Positions 1 through 23,525 of a stretch of 64,000 nucleotides of DNA are shown in pieces. Made by a program: the position numbers and the translations under genes. Within the stretch, counting starts at the first letter, position 1; each line of letters begins with the position of its first letter. Under the pieces are notes generated by a model that had not been told where the DNA came from, searched no databases, and saw only the letters and a program-made list of their open reading frames with translations. The stretch is from the human T2T-CHM13v2.0 reference genome, Homo sapiens: NCBI RefSeq assembly GCF_009914755.1, contig NC_060940.1. One strand, given 5' to 3'.

Positions 1-155
1 CGGCCGCGCTCATGGCCGGGCCGGAGCGGGCCCCGCGGCTCGGCTCGGCTTGGTCCCCTGGGTCCCGCCAGGCAGGTCGGAAGGAGGCTGCAGCCAAGCA
101 AATGCCTCAGCCCGGAGCCTTGGCTGGAGAGCGGGGCGGTGCGAGCGCCGGAAGT
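1..155 (-). other. ZDHHC7: Probable non-coding first exon (5'UTR, truncated by window edge) of palmitoyltransferase ZDHHC7
   Basis: Minus strand reads ACTTCCGGCGCTCGCACCGCCCC..., matching my recollection of the ZDHHC7 leader; ZDHHC7 lies head-to-head about 16 kb upstream of KIAA0513. No ZDHHC7 coding sequence is in the window. Confidence 0.65.
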
Positions 156-660
156 GAACCCGACGAGGTCAGTGACGTCACGCCGGCGCAGTTCCGGCCG
201 CGCAGCTCTCGCGGAGTGGGGCGCTCGAGGCGGTTTGAGGGGACCCGGAGGCTCTTACAAACTGGCAGTTCATTGAGAAAAGGCAGCTTTTAGTCACAGC
301 CCCTCTCGCTAAGACAGAGATGCCGCCAAACTGAAGTCCGGAGGAGAAAGGATAGGGGCTACGGGCTGCAGCAGGGTCCAAGCCACGCCGTTAGGCTGCG
401 GAACCGGGTTGGGAATGCCCTTAGCGGAGTGTGTACCCGCGCCCGCGGCGGTGTCTCAGAGGCAGCTCCAGTGGCCTGTACTATATGCGGGGATGTGACC
501 GAAGGAAATGGGAAAGTAAGGGAGCGGGAGTGGAAATGGCTGAGCCAGAAAGCACTTGGGAAAAGAGGAAAGCGCCCTGAACTGGGGATTGGAGGCCTGA
601 CTCCTGAGGTCCGCGGAGCCCCCGGCCTCCTCCTTGAGGGACTTGGACACTAGAGCACCG
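1..660. promoter_or_regulatory. CpG island / promoter (probably ZDHHC7, transcribed leftward)
   Basis: Very high GC and CpG density; GC box GGGGCGG 133-139, ETS/GABPA site CCGGAAGTG 148-156, palindromic CRE GTGACGTCAC 172-181; no TATA box. Confidence 0.85.
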
Positions 661-719
661 CCACTGTCCCTTCCATATAGGAAGCCCTAAGTGTTTGAAA
701 GTAGGAACATGTATTTTAA

Positions 720-1016
720 GGCCGGGCGCGGTGGCTCACGCCTGTAATTCCAGCACTTTGGGAAGCCAAGGCAGGCTGATCACTTGAGGTCAGGAGTTCG
801 AGACCAGCCTGAACAACAATGGTGAAATTCCGTTTCTATTAAAAACACATAAATTAGCCGGATGTAGTGGTGCACGCCTGTAATCCCAGCAGCTACTCGA
901 GAGGCTGAGGCAGGAGAATCATGAACCCAGGAGGCGAAGGTTGCAGTGAGCTGAGATCAAGCCACTGCACTCCAGCCTGGGCGACAGAGTGAACAGTCTC
1001 AAAAAAAAAAAAAAAA
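720..1016 (+). mobile_element. Alu (AluS-like), full length
   Basis: GGCCGGGCGCGGTGGCTCAC start, dimeric body, poly(A) tail. Confidence 0.95.
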
Positions 1017-1221
1017 GCATATCTTTTTTTTAAAATAAAATTATGACTCTCACACAAATATAAAATGAACATATGTCAAAGATACCATTTAACTCATTAA
1101 TGATGGTATATATACAATGCTCCACTAGAGCTCTAGATAGCTTAAAGACAAAAGTAAGACCCCATAAGACGAGATAACCCAGAAGGGTATGCCAGACAAT
1201 ACCTACTTGTTCAATGAAGAC

Positions 1222-2690
<1,469 letters not shown>

Positions 2691-2781
2691 CACCCAATAA
2701 TCTTTGCGCCCATTTTAAAGTTTTCTCAAAAAATGAGGAGTGGAGGGATCCTCACCACATAATTCTTAGTCCCCACACTTT

Positions 2782-5725
<2,944 letters not shown>

Positions 5726-5789
5726 CAACTTGTTCAATTTTTTAATCATGCGCATGTATTCATTTTTACATACATGAAAAAATTTATGT

Positions 5790-8355
<2,566 letters not shown>

Positions 8356-8914
8356 ACTTTTGAAAAAGTAGTCATTCAATAGATCTGCACTGAATGAATG
8401 AGTGAACTCACTATGATTGGTCCCTTTTCTAGACAAACAGGACCAGAGAGGTTGAGCAGTGTGCTCCCGGTCACACAGTGAAGAGGTGGAGAGCCAGGAT
8501 GCCGCCCCAAATGTGCCTTGAACTTCTTAGCTGCTGTTATACCCCCTCGTAGACTCACTTCATCCTCACCACCCTGTGAAATCTCTTTGTACAGCTGCAG
8601 AAACTGAGAGTCAGATGTAAGCCATTGACCAAATGAAGTACAGGAGCAGAGCCAGCTGGCAGGTGAGCAACACTAGGCTATGAAAGCTCTGCCGTTTCGG
8701 CTGCGCCACACCCCTCTGGAAAGAGCCCACAATCCTAGCTCTGTGCCAAGCCAGCCTCCTCGAGGGCTTGCCTTAGGCACGGGTCTCCTACAGTGGGTAC
8801 CATGACCACATCCACTGAGTCCTTCAGAAGCAAGCCCCTGCCCATTTGTCCTCAGGCTACAATAACCCAGTCCTCATCTTGTCTACCTTCTCCCTGCGAT
8901 CCTGGTTTTAAACT

Positions 8915-9440
8915 CATATTTATTCATTCAACAAGTGTACCTGGTACCATGCTAAGTGCTGCAGACACATGAGTGAGCAAAGCTAGGCAAAGCTCCTGCC
9001 TGTTATGGAGCTTAGAGTCCATTTTCACAAATGCATAATTGCAAACGTGTTTCTGTGGAGGAAGATGATATTATTTGCTGAGATGATACACCCAGGACTC
9101 TGACTTGGTCTGGAGGTCACATGCAGGGATTCCTTTAGGATGTGACATGTGAAAGACATGGATATTTGTTGAGCAAAGGAGCTTGAGGTCAAAGGAAGTG
9201 GGTTCTGGGCAAAGGGACACGCAGGCAGGTCCTACAGTAGAAAGGAGCATGGATTCTTTAAGGCCCTGCGAGGGTCAGTGTGTGGAGGGCAAGGGGAAGC
9301 GGTTCGAGACCACACAGAAAGCTTGGAAGGGCCAGGTCATGCTGGGCCCTAGCAACAGGTGAAGGACGCTGGCATATGTGAGGGGCAGAGGAAAGCCACT
9401 GAAGGACTGGAGCACATTTGTGGTTTTTAAAGGTCACTCC
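8915..9440 (-). mobile_element. L2 fragment
   Basis: TATTCATTCAACAAG...CCATGCTAAGTGCTG...ATGGAGCTTAGAGTC...GGAAAGCCACTGAAGG typical of antisense L2 3' end. Confidence 0.6.
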
Positions 9441-9441
9441 A

Positions 9442-11173
<1,732 letters not shown>

Positions 11174-11194
11174 TCAACATTTGGGGACCACTAT

Positions 11195-11605
11195 AGACTT
11201 ATCATTAATGGATGCTAAACCACTAGCTGAAAGTTCATTGAGTTTGTTGAAAGATAGGGTATCTAAATAGTCTCAAAGTATCTTCCCCACAAATTTCTGA
11301 TTACTTACAAAGGAAAAAAGGTACCTTTACAATGGAGAAATATATCACCATTGGTCAAGCATAGTATCACCAATAATGAGACAAATAGACAGTATGTGCC
11401 TCCTGATATGAAGCACTAAGAAGATCACAACTTCACTATGAATTGCTGTTGCTAAACTGTGTTACCTGCCTCTAATAATAAGGGAACAATCAGGAAAATC
11501 TAAATGGAGGGACATCCTATGGAACAACTGGCCTGCACTCTTAGTCAATATCAGTGTCTTAAAGGACAAAGAAAAGCTGAGGAACTGTTCCAGAGTAAAG
11601 GAGAC
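11195..11605 (+). mobile_element. L1MC/L1MD-like 3'UTR fragment
   Basis: TATCATTAATGGATGCTAAA, GTCTCAAAGTATCTTCCCCACAAAT, ACAACTGGCCTGCACTCTT, GAGGAACTGTTCCAGA motifs. Confidence 0.6.
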
Positions 11606-11609
11606 TGAC

Positions 11610-13153
<1,544 letters not shown>

Positions 13154-13289
13154 CAGAATATTTTTAAATATTGATTTAGCCATCCAATAACTTTACTGCT
13201 TCTCCTACCTCCTTCCCGTGTCCTTTGTACAATGTCATGAGATATGTCGGCAGAGGCTCCATCCTGGATATCTGTAGCTTTTCCCTGCC

Positions 13290-14395
<1,106 letters not shown>

Positions 14396-16129
14396 AATAT
14401 ACCTTCCAGGCCCAGATATATATTTCCACCATATTTCCTTGATTTACACATTTATACATTTCACATCAAGAAATAAGGTTAACCTAGTGTGACTTGGTCT
14501 TTGTCACTGTTGTTTCATCTTTGGAGAGGTCACAAATATTTTTTTGTTAAGTCATCTGCCCTGAAGATTTTCCAGGCCCAATGTCAAGTTCACTGATCTG
14601 TGGTTTGCAGAACTCACTTTCTTCCTCTTTTAAAAAATGGTCATGTCATCTGCCTCTCTCTAACCTTTTGACAAGGTCAGAAAACCTTCTACGAAGTCAG
14701 GAGAGGGTCTGCATGATATTCCCCTAAAACAGAATCTGACTCTAAATGAGTCACCTTTTTACAATTCTCCCAAACAGCTGGTAATGCAAGGGCAGGTCAG
14801 GATGGCACAAGTCGGTGCCTTGTGCTAGGTTCACTTGCTGACCCAGGGAAGGAGTTTATTCAGCCACAGCATCCATCCTCCTCCATTCCCATGAATTCTA
14901 CAAGATGGCACTTGCATCCTGCTGGACTCACGGCAGAACCTGCAGAGACCAAAAGCGTACCCACTCGCCTGTAGCAACCACGTAAAGGAATGAGGGGTAT
15001 TGGACACAAACTGAATTCACACCAAGCTGGAGACACCCTGAGTTCCAGCTTCACATGCATGGTGGCCACACCCAGTTGGTCAAACAAATCTGGAGTGTAC
15101 TAGAAGGAGCTATGGTGCTGAAGGCTCCATAACCCTCACGGCACTGCAGCTCCCAGCTTTTTTCTTCATGTGTTCCCTTAAACTTTCCCAAGGAGTCTAC
15201 AGTTCAAGTCTACATCTTTCCAAGGACTGCCACTTCTGCTTGGGGTGTGGGACAGGTACTTGATCATCGATCCATATGTCATCTTTTCTCTTAAGTGATA
15301 GAACTTGTTTCTCCTGCATAACTCCCGTAATTTCAGAAAACCCACCGTTTTCTAAAATTGACATTCAGCCCTATTTCAGATATCACTGCATTTCTTTAGA
15401 GACAGAGCTTGATCATTTAAGGAGCTACCAGAAGGAGCATTATAGCACTGGAATGTAGTTGTACAAATATCTTCAGAAAATTTGAGGTGTCAGTCAATAC
15501 TCCAGAACCAGATTCTCCACTTTGCTAGGTGCTGGAGTCGAGTTTGACATAACCCCCACATTACTAGGGAGGGGCTGTCAGTTTATGTTTCTATACTTCC
15601 TCTACAACTAAAAAGGCGTCCAAAGGCAGCACTTCTATTTTAAAAACTTTTTTTCTTTTAATTGAGGAGACACAGAAGAAACTGAATGGCCTGAACGTTG
15701 TGTTTACTGTATTTGCTGAAAAGATGCCGACTGGCCTAGAATTTATGGAGCAGCTGAGATGGAATCTACCAGTCTCAAAGATGCCCCGTTTTAAAAAGTA
15801 AATTGGCCTCTGATTGCTCTTCCATACCAAGTATCCAAGCCGGACATTTTTCTTTTTTAAATCTCTTTTGAAAAATTTTTATACCATTTATTTATTATTA
15901 TTTTTTTTAGCTCCTGCTCAAAGCCTCGCTGGACTAATTTTAATGGTATGTTGGTTAATAACATGCCTTCGCCGTAACTAGGGGATAGGGAGGGTAACTG
16001 ACACGGCTGTTTTAAAGGTAGGGAAACCGAGGGCCAGGAAACAACTAGAATCCGACGGTATTTCCTAGCTCCCTGATGGCGCTTCCCATGCCCCCAACTA
16101 AATCATGAAATAACCCACTCACCTGTTTG

Positions 16130-17050
16130 CACCGGGCCTGCCCCACCCACTCCTCCCAGAGTCCGAGAACACCCAGCCTCTAAGCAGAGCCAGCAAGGGG
16201 GCGCCGGGCGTACCCGAGAGCGCTCCCACCGAGCGTGGGCAGGCCTCGGGCCCCTCAGGCTCCGCCCTGTCACGTGACACCAAGCGCTGGCCGCCTCCCG
16301 CCCCCCGCGAGGGGAGGGCCGTCTCGCGCCTGCGCAGAAGGGGCTGGAGGCGGGCGCGTCCGGTTGACTGACAGCTCGCGCCGCGGCGCCGGGAAAGGAC
16401 CCGGCTGCTCGCGGGCGGCGCAGTCGCCGCAGCAGCCGAGTCTGACGGCGCCGGTTCGCTGCCCGGTCCGCCCGCGGTGAGAGGTGCGGTGGGGTGGCCT
16501 CAGGCCGGCCTGACAGGCTCATGAGGGGAAGGATGACCCGGGAGGGACGGCGGGGACCCGGGATGGGGGTCTGCGAGGGGTGACAGCTGGGAGCGCCGTG
16601 GGGCGAGGGGCGCGGGGAGGGAGGAGGGGTCCGCGGGGCGAGCGGGGGCGGGGCCTCGCGGGCCGAGGGCTCAGGCCGGGGTTCTCCGCGGGCTCCTCGC
16701 CTGCTGGGAGGCAAAGGGAATAGGGGAAGGTCGCCGGGAGCCCACGGGCGGAGGGGCAGTGCGGACGCCCGTGAATGAGTGCAACCCGGGCCGCTGCCTG
16801 GAGGAGGCGCCCCCAACCCCGGGGCAGATGGTGGCAGCAGGTGGCTTTGGGATGGAGCTGGTGTCCCAGTCTTGGGGGAAGAAGAAACCCCGGACTCCTG
16901 CAAGGGCATTCTGGGGAGAGGGTGCAAGGACCCCGGGGGAAAGACATTGGCGAGTCATGCGTGTGTGCGGGGTGTGAAGTTGCTGCCTCACCGCTCCCGG
17001 GGCTTAGCAGGGTGGGGGTGAGAGAAAGGGGCTTCCTGGCCTGGGTGGCC
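16130..17050 (+). promoter_or_regulatory. KIAA0513: CpG island promoter of KIAA0513
   Basis: Dense CpG; GC box, E-box palindrome TGTCACGTGACA 16268-16279, NRF1-like CGCGCCTGCGCA 16325-16336; strong G skew downstream of exon 1, indicating + transcription. Confidence 0.88.
16375..16476 (+). other. KIAA0513: KIAA0513 exon 1 (non-coding 5'UTR); start approximate
   Basis: Lies in the CpG island; donor GCG|GTGAGA at 16477 (weaker alternative GAG|GTGCGG at 16484); no ATG. Confidence 0.65.
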
Positions 17051-19085
17051 ACCCCTGTCCATTCTGCGTCTTCCCTCTGCTCTTGATGGGCCAGTGAGCA
17101 AAGGGGAGGATTGCAGGGAGGATAGCAATGGAAATGCGGTTTTAGCAGCTCAGTTTAGGACCGCTGGATCAGATAGAATTGAACCCGTTTAGAGGATCTT
17201 GCAAAGGACAGAATTGAGTGTTCTGGAGCTGGGTGCGTGCCCCCCACCCCCGCCCTTGTCCTGGGTTTGTGCTTTCCTGGGTTGCAGGTTGATTAGACTT
17301 GGGAAGATGAAAAGGGGAAGAGGAAAAAAAGACTTTACAGGGGCACTAGCCAGGTCCTATTCCTCTCTAGGTAGGGGCCAGGCATGAGTCCCAGCCTCCA
17401 GATTGAGCAGGAACAGCCTCTGAGCTGGCACAGGTGAGGCGCCCCTGACGTGGAAGTAGTGGCTGTGGTGAGTCAGTGTTAGAGGCAGGCTGACAGCTGT
17501 CAGGACCGAGGCTGCTTTAGCCAGCCTGCGACTCGATGTTGATGTTTCGGATTCATTTCCTTAGAGGCATCCTCCTCCCTCAGCCTAAAAGCAGGGCAGA
17601 GAGATGCTTAACACCGAATCGTTCAAAGGAAAAAGGTTTGGGTAATATTGCATGTGAGCGTTCCTTCCTGTCTTCCCCCCATTTCTCCTGGGAAGCGTAT
17701 GTTCTCCATTGTTCAGTGTCTCTCTTTGGCTGTCACTTGTTTTTATTTCCACTTTGTTCAGAAATAGGACTGCTTACGCCTTTGAAACACAGGACGAAAG
17801 GCTATTGAAATTGGCTCGCAATGAAAAAGTTGACTCATGAGATTTTTTTTCCATTAAAGAGATGAAGATGGCGTGGGACTCACATGTAGGCAGCGTTTGC
17901 GATCAGATCATCACTAACCTCTCTGTGTTACATTCTGACGTTTCTGGCCCTGTTTGCCTTTTGTATGGGATGTGTCAGTTAGTGTGAAGGTTGGTTTGCA
18001 TTATTTGAGATGTAACAGCCAAAGGCAATGAGAAGCCACTAGGTGACTGAGTAAAGCACAAGCCTTAAATAATCTGCTGCCAAATCCCAGAAAGTGGTCG
18101 ATTTCCATAGATATTGAATGTGGCTCTCTTTTCACGACAATAACTGCTTCTTCAAAGGTGAATTGCTTTATAGTAGCCCCAGCGGCTCTGAGGAGCATCT
18201 TTTAGGACAGTCCCCAGGAAGGGGTGGGATGAGTCATGCTGTCTGCTTCTCTCTCCTCCCACCTCCTCCCTCCTTTCTCTCATAAAGCAAAAGTAATCAG
18301 GTTAAAAGAAACACGAACAGCAGCCTGGGGCAGTTTTTTAAAAAAAGTCCTGAGAAGTCAACCAGCAGCAGGAAAGACATGCAAAGGCAGGAGTAAAAAC
18401 CCTATTGCCCGTAATAACCCTCACTTTAATACTTCCCAAGGGTTTTCCCATGCAGACTCTTGGCTGATCTTCATTATAAGCTTGGCAGTCATGATGGGTT
18501 TGTTATCGTTCCCATGTCATAGATGAGGAAACTGAGGCTGAGTGACTTGCCCAGGGTCTCTTTGCTACTGGGGGCACAGTGAAGTGTTTAACCCAACCGT
18601 CTGACGCTGGATATAGCAGCCCTTACCGCTCTGTGGAATGGGAAGTGGGGCGGATCCGGGTGGTTTGTGCCTCACACGAGGGGTCCCCAGAGGCTTGCAA
18701 AACATCCTTCTCTTCCACCACCTCCCCAGCTTACCGAGTCTGCCGCAGCACCCCTGCGCCCGCCCCAAGCTTGAGGTAGTCTGCATGGACTCAGATTTAT
18801 TTAGACGTCCTTGAGAAATCCAGTAGGAAGTATGATTGCAAAGAGCGTCTTTTGCTTAAGTCTCTGTGTTTCCAAATAGCCCAGGTGTCTTCAGCTGTGT
18901 GAGGCAAGAGAGCACGCAGTTCTCCGGCAGCCTGCTAGAATCGTTTTCCTTGTCCCCCACCCAAAAGAGAAATGCGGTGGTTGTGAAACCAAGGGAGCTG
19001 ACCCAGTAACTTTGTTTATTCGAAACCGTTTTTTATATGTGGCATTGTATGCATTATGGTGACACTTAAGAAAAATAAGCCATAG

Positions 19086-20080
19086 GGCTGGGCGCGGTGG
19101 CTGTTGTTTTCCTGTAATCCCAGCACTTTGGGAGGCCGAGGCAGGTGGATCACCTGAGGTCAGGAGTTCGAGACCAGCTTGGGCAACGTGGTGAAACCCC
19201 GTCTCTACTAAAAATACAAAAATTAGCTGGGCATGGTGGCGGGTACCTGTAATCCCAGCTACTCAGGAGGCTGAGGCAGAATCACTGGAACCCAGGAGGC
19301 GGAGGTTGCAGTGAGCCTAGATCGCGCCACTGCACTCCAGCCTGGGTGACAGAGAAAGACTCCATCTAAAAAAAAAAAAAAAAGACAAAAATAAAGGCAT
19401 GGTGTTCTCATGAGGGAAGGACAAGTTTTAATCCCACTTTCTAAATCTGGGCATCATGGGGAGGAGTCCTAAAAAGGAATTCACGGGGAGGTTGGCCAGT
19501 AAATGTTTCGGCAAGTCAGTGGTATAAAACAATGGAAAGCCAAGGCAATCCCCAGCACACGAACAGAAGTGTAGGTCTGGAATGAAACAGGTGATAGTTC
19601 CAATCTACTCCATGCTTAGAACATTGTGTTCTTTTCTGGACATCACATGTAATGAAGGATGCAGAAAAAAATAAGCATATTAATTGGAAACCGCTACAGT
19701 GGTGAATGAATTAGATGTAAGCCTGGAGAAGCTTGGGAACTGTGATTTATTAAGCTCATTCTGTAGAGGCCCAAGGTTCCAAGAACTGAAGGACAAAAGT
19801 AATCGTTAGAAAGACTTGGCCTTGGCTGGGTGTGGTGGCTACGCTTGGAATACCAGCACTTTGTAGGGGCCAGGGTGGGCGGATCACTTGAGCCCAGGAG
19901 TTCAAGATCAGCCTGGGCAACATGGCAAAACCCCGTCTTTACCAAAAAATAAACAAAAATTAGCCAGGTGTGGTGGTGCAAACCTGTAATCCCAGCTACT
20001 AGGGAGGCTGGGGTGGGAGGATCAGTTGAGCCCCAGAGGTGGAGGTTGCCATGAGCTAAGAATGTACCACTGCACCCCAG
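19086..20080 (+). mobile_element. Two sense Alus (19086-19385; 19824-~20080, tail-less)
   Basis: Alu consensus. Confidence 0.9.
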
Positions 20081-20594
20081 ACTTCAGTTTTAAGACCGTG
20101 ATTGTGCGAGAGTGGTCGTTTAAAAACTCTTGAGTTAAATCTTGTCTGTCCCCAGCAGCTTCCCAGGACCTTGGTCAACTAGGGCAACTGCACAGGTGCT
20201 GACTGACCCTGCCTGTTTCTCCAGCTTCATTGACTGCTGCTGTCATTCACCACGGTCCTGCCTTCTTCCTGTGCCTTCCGTGTGCCAAGATGACTCTGCC
20301 TCAGGACCTTTGCCTGGGCTGTTCCTCCCCTTTCCATGGCCAGCTTCCTGTCATTCAGGTCACTGCTGCAATATCACATCCTTAGTGAGACCTTCCCTAA
20401 TAGTCAAAATAATGTTCCTTTTTCCTCTGATCCCTGCCCACTCACTCTATCATATTACAGTGTTTTATTTTCTTCATAACAATATCAGAAATGACCTTGT
20501 TTAATGCAGAATGCTTTTACTAGAGACGGTGAAACCTAGCCTGGCTAGCGGACCACTGGGCAAGAGAATTCAGGCACTAGACAGACAGTAATGC

Positions 20595-21662
20595 CAGGTC
20601 ACCTTTATTTCTCTCGGGAGTGCTCTCACAAAGAACCACGCACTGGGGCTTAAAGCAACCGAAATTTATTCTCACAGTTCTGGAGAACAGAAGTCCAAAA
20701 TTAAGGTGTCGACAGGGCTGGTTCCTTCTTGGGGACTCAGAGGGAGACTCTGTGCCTCACTCCCAGCTTCTACTGGTGGCCGGTGATCCGTGTTGTCCCC
20801 TCACTGGCAGCTGCATCACCCCAGGGTCTGCCCCTGTGGCCACATGGCCTACTTGTCCCTGCATGTTTGTCTCCACTTCATGTCTCCTCCTGTGGGTCTG
20901 CCTCTCTTCTCCTCTTAAAAGGGCACCAGTCGGATTGGACCTGGGGTCCACACTACTCCATTGTGACCTTCTGTTTTCTTGAGACAGAGTCTCTGTTGCC
21001 CAGGCCGTAGTGCAGGGCATGATCTCAGCTCACTGCAACCACTGCCTCCCAAGTTAAAGCCATTCTTCTGCCTCAGCCTCCCATGTAGCTGGGATTAGAG
21101 GTGTGTGCCACCACGCCTGGCTAATTTTTGTATTTTTGGTAGACATGGGGTTTCGCCATGTTGGCCAGGCTGGTCTCAAGTTCCTGACCTCAAGTGATCC
21201 TCCTGCCTTGGCCTCTCAAGTGGTGGGATGACCTCCTCTTAACTAATTACATCCACAAAGACCCTTTTTTTTTGAGACAGAGTTTCAGTCTGTCGTCCAG
21301 GCTGGAGTGCGGTGGCACAATCTTGGCTTACTACAAGATCCGCCTCCCGGGTTCACACCATCCTCCTGCCTCAGCCTCCCGAGTAGCTGGGACTACAAGT
21401 GCCTGCCACCACTCCCGGCTAATTTTTTGTATTTTTAGTAGAGGCAGGGTTTCACCGTGTTAGCCAGGATGGTCTTAATCTCCTGACCTCATGATCCGCC
21501 TACCTGGGCCTCCCAAAGTGCTGGGATTACAGGCATAGAGACCGCGCCCGGCCCCACAGAGACCCTATTTTCAATTAAGTTCACAGATTCCCTGGGTTAG
21601 GACCTCAGCATATCTTTTGGGTCCAGGGGTTGCGGCGGGTGTGCCTGAATTCAATCCATAAT
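20595..21662 (-). mobile_element. MLT1A/B/C-like MaLR LTR interrupted by two antisense Alus (~20975-21228, ~21265-21553)
   Basis: GGCTTAAAGCAACCGAAATTTATTCTCACAGTTCTGGAG..AAGTCCAAAATTAAGGTGTC..; TTAACTAATTACATC; Alu TSD-like CCACA(A/G)AGACCCT. Confidence 0.8.
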
Positions 21663-22645
21663 GCCTTCCAGCATCAAGATGCAGTGATGTTTTAAAGGGA
21701 TTGGCAGGAGGTGCTCAGTTATTTTTAGGGATAATGACAGGGATGTGGACGTTTTTACGAGAAGCATTCATGATCCTTATGATTTGCGAGACAAGTACTG
21801 ACCGTTGTGCTTCACCGTGAAGAGGTCGAGCAATCCAGCGACCTGCCCGAGGCCATGCGGCTCCTGACAGTGAATCTCCTCACTTCTGATTGCAGAGCCC
21901 ACAACATCTTTACCCCTCCCAGCAGGGACGCCACAGCAGCAGGGATGCCACAGCTGCTTCAGGTCAGGATGCAGGGTTTCTCTGATGCACTCTGCAGGGG
22001 CCCAGAGAGATGATTCCCTTCTTTTGCGTTTTGCTGCACTGGTCCTTGTAGTGGAGGAACAGCTCATCGGCGTCCAGCAGTGAAATAAATGGCGCGGGTG
22101 AATACGATGCCCTGCCACTTAGGCAATGCTGCCCAGAGGCGGTGGCGTATGTAGAAGCCTCATCCCGTGTGTAATTCGGAAGGGCTGTTCACGAAGGCCT
22201 CCAGAGCTCTGCACTTCTGCATCTCATATCTGACCAAGGGTGAGCCCTCAGGGAGTTCATAGAGCAACTTTTCTCCCTTTGGGCTGGGGGTGGGGGCAGG
22301 GATGGGGGAGGGTAGAGCAGGACCGTCGCCAGCTGACTTATCTGGTGACTGGCACTGGCACCTGGAGATGCCTCAATTCCTCATTCTGTCACCCAGATAC
22401 TCAATATGCCCGTCTTTATTTATTTTTGACTAAGTAATATGTGCAGATGGTACCAAATTCAAATGATACAGAAAGATGTCGTAGTTTGTCTCTCCCTGCC
22501 CCACCCCCCACTTCCCAGTTACCCTCCCCAGTGGCATTACTGCCCATTTCTTGTGTCTCCTTCCAGAGATCCAGTGTCCTTTTAATGTCCCCAATTACCA
22601 TCATCCCCCTCACCCCGTGGGCCATGCTCGCCATCCCTCCCCTCA

Positions 22646-23030
<385 letters not shown>

Positions 23031-23289
23031 GCTGATGACTGTACTCCTGCCAAGGAGTTTATCTGGGGAAGGAAGGTGCTTAGCAGAAATGAGTCTGTAG
23101 AGGTAAATGTGGGGCAAGAGTGTGGGGAAAGGGCTTTTATTTATGGGGTGGTTTTCGTAGTCTTGTGCCTTAGACTTCACTCGGTAGGGTTTGCCCTGTC
23201 CAGGGCAAGTACAGAGGACTCACCGGAAGGAAGGCGATGGGGGCAGTTTATCTTATGTGGCTGAGGTATAAAAATAGTGTGGTTGTTAT

Positions 23290-23525
23290 TATGGCTCATA
23301 TTTATAGGGTTTCCTCTGTCCACGCCCAGCTGTGTGCCCAGTGCCTTATGGGGCTGTCACTTTAGCCCTCACCAAAACAGTATAACGTAGCCAAGGTTAC
23401 CGTCCCCATTTCACAGATGAGAAAACTGAGGCATAGACAGGCAGAGTAACATGGCTCCATCACACAGTGTGTAGGGGCAGCGCCAGCACATGGGTCAGGG
23501 CAGCCCATCTCTGGACCTGGGTTCT
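23290..23525 (-). mobile_element. MIR
   Basis: Core CCCCATTTCACAGATGAGAAAACTGAGGCATAGA. Confidence 0.75.

Noticed and set aside
1-7. Partial NotI site suggesting a clone end or vector junction
   Set aside because: Such sites are common in CpG islands and no vector sequence is present.
12-293. 93-aa plus-strand ORF at the left edge
   Set aside because: CpG-island read-through antisense to the presumed ZDHHC7 leader; no domain or splice support.
16103-16927. 274-aa minus-strand ORF and overlapping ORFs in the CpG island
   Set aside because: Pro/Arg/Ala-rich translation of GC-rich DNA where stops are rare; non-ATG start, no recognisable domain.
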